Shown piece after piece: positions 57,962 through 64,000 of a DNA stretch of 64,000 nucleotides; the stretch's first letter is position 1, and every line of letters begins with the position of its first letter. The translations under genes and the position numbers were made by a program. The notes below the pieces were generated by a model, which was given only the letters and a program-made list of their open reading frames with translations, made no database searches and was not told the DNA's origin. Source of the stretch: Rebecca billardiae RCC1528. Lineage: Eukaryota > Protista > Haptophyta. The stretch covers positions 62,001-126,000 of the forward strand of contig OZ251231.1 of assembly GCA_965240325.2 (NCBI GenBank), read 5' to 3'.

Positions 57962-59002
57962 TCACAAGTACGGCACGCAGTCGGCAAAGCCGTTGCGCTC
58001 GAGCACCTGCTTCGGGTTCTTGTGCGACGTCACGAGCCAGCGCGTGTACAGCGCAGCGAGCTCGTCGCGCTCAAGGTCGCCGGCCATGAGGCCCGTCGCG
58101 CGGATGTGCGAGAGGAAGAGCGCCACCGCGACGGAGATGTTGAAGCTCTGCGAGAACCCGGCCATCTGCGGGCGCACGGGGGTTCGCGCGCGCGACCGCG
58201 GCTGTGGGCGGCTGGGCGCGGCCACGCGGCCGGCGCAGCTGGCGCGCGCGCCCGCGCCGCGCGCGCATCCACGCGCGCGCACCGGGTACACGACGCACGT
58301 GTCCGCGTGGCGCGCGGCGAGCTTGGACACGCCGCGCCGCTCGTTTCCGAAGAGCAGCGCCACCTTGCCCAGCCGCGCAAAGTCCACCTCGTCGATGGAG
58401 CGCGAGCCCGCGTCGAGGTGCGTCGCGACGACGTGGTAGCCGGCGGCCTGCAGCTCGGTGATTGCGTCGACGGGCTCGTAGTGGCGGTGGAAGGTGAGCC
58501 AGCGGTCGGCCGACTTGGTCACCGCGCGGCACGGCGTGAGGTGCTCCACCGACTCGATCACGTGCACGTGCTGCCCGCCCAGCCCCTCGAAGGTGCGCAG
58601 GCACGCGGCGGCGTTGTGCTCGTCCGCAATGTTCTCCAGGCAGAGCCGCACCGAGCCGCAGCGCTGCGCGAGGCGCGACTCGAGGCGCTCGAGCCGGCCG
58701 GGGGAGAGGCCCGAGCGCAGCAGGTCGAGCATCGGCGTGCGCGCGATCCGCTCGCCGTACAGCGCCGCGCCCGCCGCCGCGCCCGCCGCGCCGCCCGCCG
58801 CCGCCGCGCCCGCCGCCACCGGCGCGAAGTGCTCGGCGACGTGCGCGTTCTCCGCGTCGAAGGAGAGGGCGCGGCGGCGGGTGGCGCCCGCACCGGCGGC
58901 GCGCGGCCGGCGCTCGAGCGCGCGCGCGCCGCGCCCGCACGCGCCCATCACCGTCAGGCCCACCAACGCGAGCAGCCGCCGTCCACGTGCCGCCGCCATC
59001 AT
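57962..59002 (-). CDS. trmH: SpoU/TrmH-family tRNA (Gm18) 2'-O-methyltransferase with N-terminal targeting peptide; intron 58166-58282
   Basis: VRLCLENIADEHNAAACLRTFEGLG, VTKSADRWL, KVALLFGNERRGVS, YP|MAGFSQSFNISVA. Confidence 0.88.
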   Translation of the reverse strand: MMAAARGRRLLALVGLTVMGACGRGARALERRPRAAGAGATRRRALSFDAENAHVAEHFAPVAAGAAAAGGAAGAAAGAALYGERIARTPMLDLLRSGLSPGRLERLESRLAQRCGSVRLCLENIADEHNAAACLRTFEGLGGQHVHVIESVEHLTPCRAVTKSADRWLTFHRHYEPVDAITELQAAGYHVVATHLDAGSRSIDEVDFARLGKVALLFGNERRGVSKLAARHADTCVVYPVRARGCARGAGARASCAGRVAAPSRPQPRSRARTPVRPQMAGFSQSFNISVAVALFLSHIRATGLMAGDLERDELAALYTRWLVTSHKNPKQVLERNGFADCVPYL

Positions 59003-60012
59003 GGCGGTGCGCCGCTCGGCCTCGGCGGCCGGCGCGTCGCCGCAGGGCGCAGGGCCAACGAACGCACGGAGCCGAGTGCATCGCGCGGGAATGACCGATG
59101 GAGTCGGCCGGCCGCGGGTCCGGCAGCAGTAACGAGGACAGCGGTGGCGTGGCATACAGCCACTGGCCGGTGCCGGTGGCGGCGCAGTCAGCATTGCTGC
59201 GCGCGTTGGGGTGCGCGACATCGCGGAGCTGCCGGCGTGTGCTCAGGTGCTTTCGTGCGCTCGATTCGGGGCGGCTTCGATTCGTCTCCGCCGCGTAGGC
59301 ATTGAATCAGGCAGCGCGGTTGCGCCTAGCAGTCGCACCATGCTTCCATCGCGCCGGACCTTTGCGGCATGACGCCCATGGCCATATGTTCGTTGCAGCG
59401 ATCTGGGCTGCGAAACAAAAGCGCAATGGGGCCCGCGGCGGGTGAGCATCGCGGTGGCTTGCGGGGTGAATTTGCCTCGCCGGGTCGCCGGCGGACGGAT
59501 TCATCCTCCGCCGCGCGAGCCGCGTGCTGGCTCATTCCATCAGCAAATAACATGGTCTGAGTCGTGCGCAAATTAACTGACGATGACTAGCTGCCAACGC
59601 ACGTTGGCCAGTACGTACTACGTCTGGCGTAGTGCCCGGCGTCGTGCTCGGCAGCCCTTAACTGGTCCGTCTGGACTCGTGCCGTAAGCAGGCTTCGATC
59701 TACTGCAGACTACTGGCGTACTACTATCGGCTGCCTGAGCTGTGTGCGTCTCTTATTCTTATATTAGTAAACTGTAGTGGCGTATAGTACTAGTAGCAGC
59801 AGTATAGTAATATACACGGCCGGTAGTTCACGACGACGCCTCTGCTACTACTGTACTGTTTACGACAGGCTAGTAGTCACAATCACTCACAGCGCTCATT
59901 GATAGCACTGTCACTCTGATGAGTCAGTCACTCTCAGTGAGTGACTACAGACTAGTGACACTCGGACAGCTGCCGAGCAATCGTCAAGCAAGTATATACT
60001 TATTCTATACTA

Positions 60013-60016
<4 letters not shown>

Positions 60017-60049
<33 letters not shown>

Positions 60050-60064
60050 TCTAGAGAGACGAGT

Positions 60065-60133
<69 letters not shown>
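60017..60133. repeat. (AG)n, (TTA)n and (TA)n microsatellite cluster
   Basis: Direct observation. Confidence 0.9.
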
Positions 60134-60135
<2 letters not shown>

Positions 60136-60487
60136 GTATATTACGCCGCCGCCGGGTCCGATTCACGGCGGGCGATTGACTGCTTCGATAGCAGTCATAA
60201 GCGCTCGCAGCGTCGTCGTTGTAGCAGGCGTAGTCGAAGCCCGCCGCCGAGCTGCTGAATCTAGGAATAATGAACGGCAAGCAGCCTGCCGTATGGCGGT
60301 CGGGGCGCGGGACGGCGGCGGCCTCCGCGGTCGCCTCACAGCAACCGCTCTGCTGACGGCCGTCGTCGTCACGAGCTGCCCAGCGCGGCGCGCTGGGCGC
60401 GATCGCCCGGCGGCACCGCGCGCGCGGCGGCGCGGCGCGATGCACGGCGCCCACCGGGCGGGGCTCGGCGGCGGCGCGCGCCGCTCA

Positions 60488-61292
60488 TCACACGAGCGCG
60501 GCGCCGCCCCCGACGGGCGGGTGCTGCGCGCGCCGGCCGCTCGCCGCGTCGACGTGCAGCCGCGCGGCGGTGGCGCCGCGCGGCTTGGCGGGCGCGGCGC
60601 GCGGCGGCGCGGCGCCGTGCTGCGCCGCCGCCTGCTCGTGCAGCGCCTTCGCGCCGTACACGTACCACCCGCCCAGCCCCATCAGGATGGCGATGTTGAC
60701 GGGCAAAGTGTACAGGCCGCTGCCGTCAAGCGCGACAAACGCGCCGCGCTCCGCGCCGCGCGTGAGCTCGAAGATGGCGACGCCGACGTGGAAGAGGACG
60801 ACGCCGCCGAGCAGCACCGCCGCCATCCGCCAATACAGCCCGAGCCGCGCCTCGTCGCTCCTGTGCATCGCGTACAGCCCGTACGTGAAGAGCGCCACCT
60901 CCGCCCCTCCGATCAGCAGGACAAGCACGTGCCCGAACGCGTGCCCCGGGTCGTACGACTCGTCGTACGCGCCGATGCGCACGGTGACCGCGACAAAGAC
61001 CGAGACGGCTATGCTCACCATCGCGTGGCCAAGCAGGTACGCCGTGCAGATCACCATCCCCTGCGGCGCGGCGCGGCGCGCGGCGCACGCGCGCAAACGC
61101 GCGGCACGGTGCGGCGCGGAGGGATCAGCCGCGCGCCGCGCGCGCGCCGGCGGCGCCGGCGGCGCGCGGGGCAAAGCGCGATCCGCGCACCGTGGAGAGG
61201 TCGCAGCAGCAGCAGCTGTCGGGCGGGAGGCACGGCCGGCCGAGCGCCGCCGCCGGCGGCGCGGCGCCAGCCGCGTCGCGCGTGGCCCCCAT
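60488..61292 (-). CDS. Four-TM membrane protein with N-terminal CCCC motif (LAPTM-like topology); intron 61061-61190
   Basis: PDSCCCCDLST|GMVICTAYLLG... followed by about four hydrophobic segments. The GTGCGC...CAG intron joins in frame. Confidence 0.7.
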
Positions 61293-61915
61293 CGTGGCAG
61301 CGATGCCTCAAGTTTTCAGCTGGGGCGGCTTGGGGCTGGTTCCAACGAATCCACGCCGCTGATTGCACGCGGATTCGCGCGCTCAGCCTCGTCGTTGGCA
61401 CGCGACGAGGTACGCTTTTTCGAACCGAAGAAGACCGCTCCGGCTGCTGCCATATTGATTATTTTTCGATTCTCATCGGCACGTCAATTTTCAGTCGCAA
61501 GGTCGCAACTCGCAGTGACTCGCAAGGAGTCGCAGCGCCAACGGCCTCTCGCCGGGCCGAAAGGGAAGCGCTGAGGGTCCAGACTCAGAGCGGCCCGACG
61601 CCGGTTCCTGATGCCGACACAAGGACAGTGTCAGCAGCATTGATTGACCTGCATTGAGAAGCTGCCTCTTGGGACGGGGCCGCGAGCGGGCGCGGCTGCC
61701 CCAACCCGGCTGCCCCAGCGCGCGAGGCCCGCTGCTGCCACCGCCGCCGGGACGCCGCCGCCGGCTGGCAGCGCGGGCTCACTGGCTGTTAGCGGCAGGC
61801 GCAGTAGCGGGCAGTGAGATTCATGAACGCGCCCACCGAGCGATCGACGACGCCGTGCTCAAAGCCTGCGCGCGCGCGCCGTCGCTCGGGCGCGCGTGCA
61901 GGCCGGGGCGGGCGC

Positions 61916-62572
61916 TCAGGCGCCGCGCTTGGCGCCGAGCCGGTTGAGCACCGCGGGGCGTCCGCCGTCGCTGCCGCCGCCGCTCGCCGGGCTCGCGCTC
62001 CGCGCCGCGTCCGCGGAGCTGAGCCGGACGATCCGCGGCGCCGACTGCTGCTGCTGCTGCGCGGCGGCGGCGGGGGCGGCGGCGGGCCGGCGCGTGGGCT
62101 CGGCGCCGCTGAGGGTGACCACGCGGCCGGGCCCCACGTTCCGCCACTTGGGCCGCGCCGCCAGCGCCGCCAGCCGCGCCGCCTCCGCCTTGGCGCGCTT
62201 CTCGGCCGCCTCGGCGTTCGCCGCGGCCGCCAGCTGCTCGACGCGCTCGTCGCGCGTGCCCTCGCGGCGCTTGCGCTCGGCGAACTTGCGCAGGGCCTCG
62301 GCCTTGTTCGACACGAGCTTCTCCGGATGCGCGAGCCGCGGCATCACCCACGTCGATCCCGCCGAGATGTCGATCTCGTCCTCGCGGCCGTCGAGGCGCC
62401 GCACCTTCACCGGCCGCGGCGCCGGCTCGTCGGCGGCGGCGGCGCGGGCGGCGGCGGCGGCGGCGGGCGGCTTGGGCGGCTTCGAGAGGTTGATGCCCTC
62501 GTTGTGGATCCCCTTGAGCGAGACCACGCGGCTCGGCGCGGCCACGGCCGGCGCGCCCGCGCCGCTCGTCAT
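61916..62572 (-). CDS. Hypothetical basic/coiled-coil protein
   Basis: High-GC3 ORF (GIHNEGINLSK...AEALRKFAERKRREG...VLNRLG), divergent from ridA. Confidence 0.6.
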   Translation of the reverse strand: MTSGAGAPAVAAPSRVVSLKGIHNEGINLSKPPKPPAAAAAARAAAADEPAPRPVKVRRLDGREDEIDISAGSTWVMPRLAHPEKLVSNKAEALRKFAERKRREGTRDERVEQLAAAANAEAAEKRAKAEAARLAALAARPKWRNVGPGRVVTLSGAEPTRRPAAAPAAAAQQQQQSAPRIVRLSSADAARSASPASGGGSDGGRPAVLNRLGAKRGA

Positions 62573-62689
62573 GGCCAACGCCCGCGCCGAGTGCACGATG
62601 GAGGCGAGCGCTCGCTCGGCTCCTGGAGGCACCCGGACTCTTCTGGAGCCAGCCAGCCAGGCAGGAGAATCCCGAGCCCCCATATCGCC

Positions 62690-62814
62690 ATGGCGACGCT
62701 GAGTGCTCGCGCGCTCGCGGTGCCGCTCGCGGTGCCGGCCCTCCTGCTCGCCGGGCGCGCGCTGCGCGCGTGGCTGCGCGCTCGCGCGGTCGTGAGCACG
62801 ACGCGCGCGCCCGC

Positions 62815-62847
<33 letters not shown>

Positions 62848-63160
62848 GGGCGCGCTCGTCTTTGTGTCGGGCCAGATCCCACTCGACCCGCAGACGGGCG
62901 CGCTCGTGGACGGCGGCATCGAGGCGCAGGCGAAGCGGTCGCTGGAGAACCTCAAGGCGATCGTCGAGGCGAGCGGCTGCACCATGCGCGACGTCGTCAA
63001 GTGCACCATCCTCCTCGCGGACATGGGCGACTTTGCCAAGGTGAACGACGTGTACGCGAGCTTCTTCGCCGAGCCGTTCCCCGCGCGCGCGGCGTTCGCG
63101 GTGAAGGCGCTGCCGAAGGGCGCGCTCATCGAGATCGAGTGTGTCGCCGCGCTGCCTTGA
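62690..63160 (+). CDS. ridA: RidA/YjgF-family reactive-intermediate deaminase with N-terminal targeting extension
   Basis: APAAIGPYSQAV, FVSGQIPLDP, VVKCTILLADM-DF-KVNDVY, PARAAF (catalytic Arg), LPKGALIEIECVA. Confidence 0.95.
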
Positions 63161-63331
63161 GGCCGCCTGGTACTGCAGCGGCGAGGACTGTAGTCAGACT
63201 CGAGGGACCCTCTGAGGCGACAGCCGTCCGGCTGAGTCACAGGGCGCGATACCGCGCGATTTATTGACCGCTGACCCGAATCATTCGGCGTGGCAGGCGC
63301 TCGAAAAAAGAAAAGCCGCACTCTCGCCAGC

Positions 63332-64000
63332 ATGCCCGCCGCGCGGCGGCCGCGCGGCCGCTCGCCCCGGCTCGTGTCGACGGCGTGCTGCGCTCTCGCG
63401 GCGGCGGTGGTGGTGGTGACCACGGTGTTCCGCGCCACAGTCGTACTGCAGGCCCACGACGGCGCGGACGCGCTCCCCGCGCGGCGGCGCGCGGCGGCGG
63501 GCGGCGGCGCGCACGGCGGCGCGCCCGCCGCGGCCGCGGCCGTGGCGGCCGCCGCCGCCGCGCCGCCGCGCGTCGCCGCGCGGGCGGGTGGCGGCGGCGG
63601 CGTTGACGGCGGCGCGGCGTCGGCGTCGACGACGCCCGCCCCCGCGCCGCCGCCCTTCGACGCCGCCGCCTCCGTGCGCGCGGTCGAGTCCCTGCTCTCG
63701 CGCGTGCGTGCGCGCGTGCACGTGCTTGACCTCACGCCTGCGCTCGGCAACGTGACGGCGCTGGTGGACGGGCTGGCGGGCGGCGAGCGCGGGATCAAGT
63801 GCTCGTACCGCGTCGAGTCGTGCGCGCAGCGCCAGTGGATGACCGAGCTCGTCTTCGCCCAGCAGCTCGCCGCCTCGCCGCACGCGACGGCCGACGCGGC
63901 CAGATCCGATCTCGTGCTGGTGCCGCTGCCGAGCACGCTCATCTTCATGTACGCGCGCGACCTGTCGGTGCACCGCTGCCCGAGGTGCGAGGCGCTGGAG
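63332..64000 (+). CDS. Type II membrane protein, probable exostosin/GT47 glycosyltransferase; runs off the window end
   Basis: TM anchor, Ala/Pro stem, then RVHVLDL...QWMTELVFAQQLAASPHATADAARSDLVLVP, resembling the GT47 N-terminus. Confidence 0.65.
   Translation, partial: MPAARRPRGRSPRLVSTACCALAAAVVVVTTVFRATVVLQAHDGADALPARRRAAAGGGAHGGAPAAAAAVAAAAAAPPRVAARAGGGGGVDGGAASASTTPAPAPPPFDAAASVRAVESLLSRVRARVHVLDLTPALGNVTALVDGLAGGERGIKCSYRVESCAQRQWMTELVFAQQLAASPHATADAARSDLVLVPLPSTLIFMYARDLSVHRCPRCEALE

Overview
Very GC-rich eukaryotic nuclear DNA with short GTGCG...CAG introns. An algal origin, probably a haptophyte, is inferred from composition and gene content only. Gene-dense blocks at about 0.7-28.5 kb, 33-35.2 kb and 58-64 kb encode Prp3, a DUF115/Maf-like protein, a globular-domain-less histone H1-like protein, an RCC1-BTB protein, a hybrid histidine kinase, a 2OG-oxygenase/SEL1 protein, a TPR-GT15 mannosyltransferase, a CLC protein, a Cys-rich putative thylakoid-lumen protein, a ZNRD2/SSSCA1-like protein, TrmH, RidA, a GT47-like protein and two tRNA-Gly. 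The gene-poor stretches (about 29-33 kb and 35.3-57.9 kb) hold many non-autonomous DNA transposons, delimited by eye from TIRs and target-site duplications (8-bp, 3-bp, TA and 10-bp), including nested insertions. The second stretch also holds a tRNA-Arg and a tandem pair of diverged homeobox genes. No transposase was recognised. Most long ORFs in the supplied track are GC-rich shadow frames. All family assignments come from motif recognition, not database searches.
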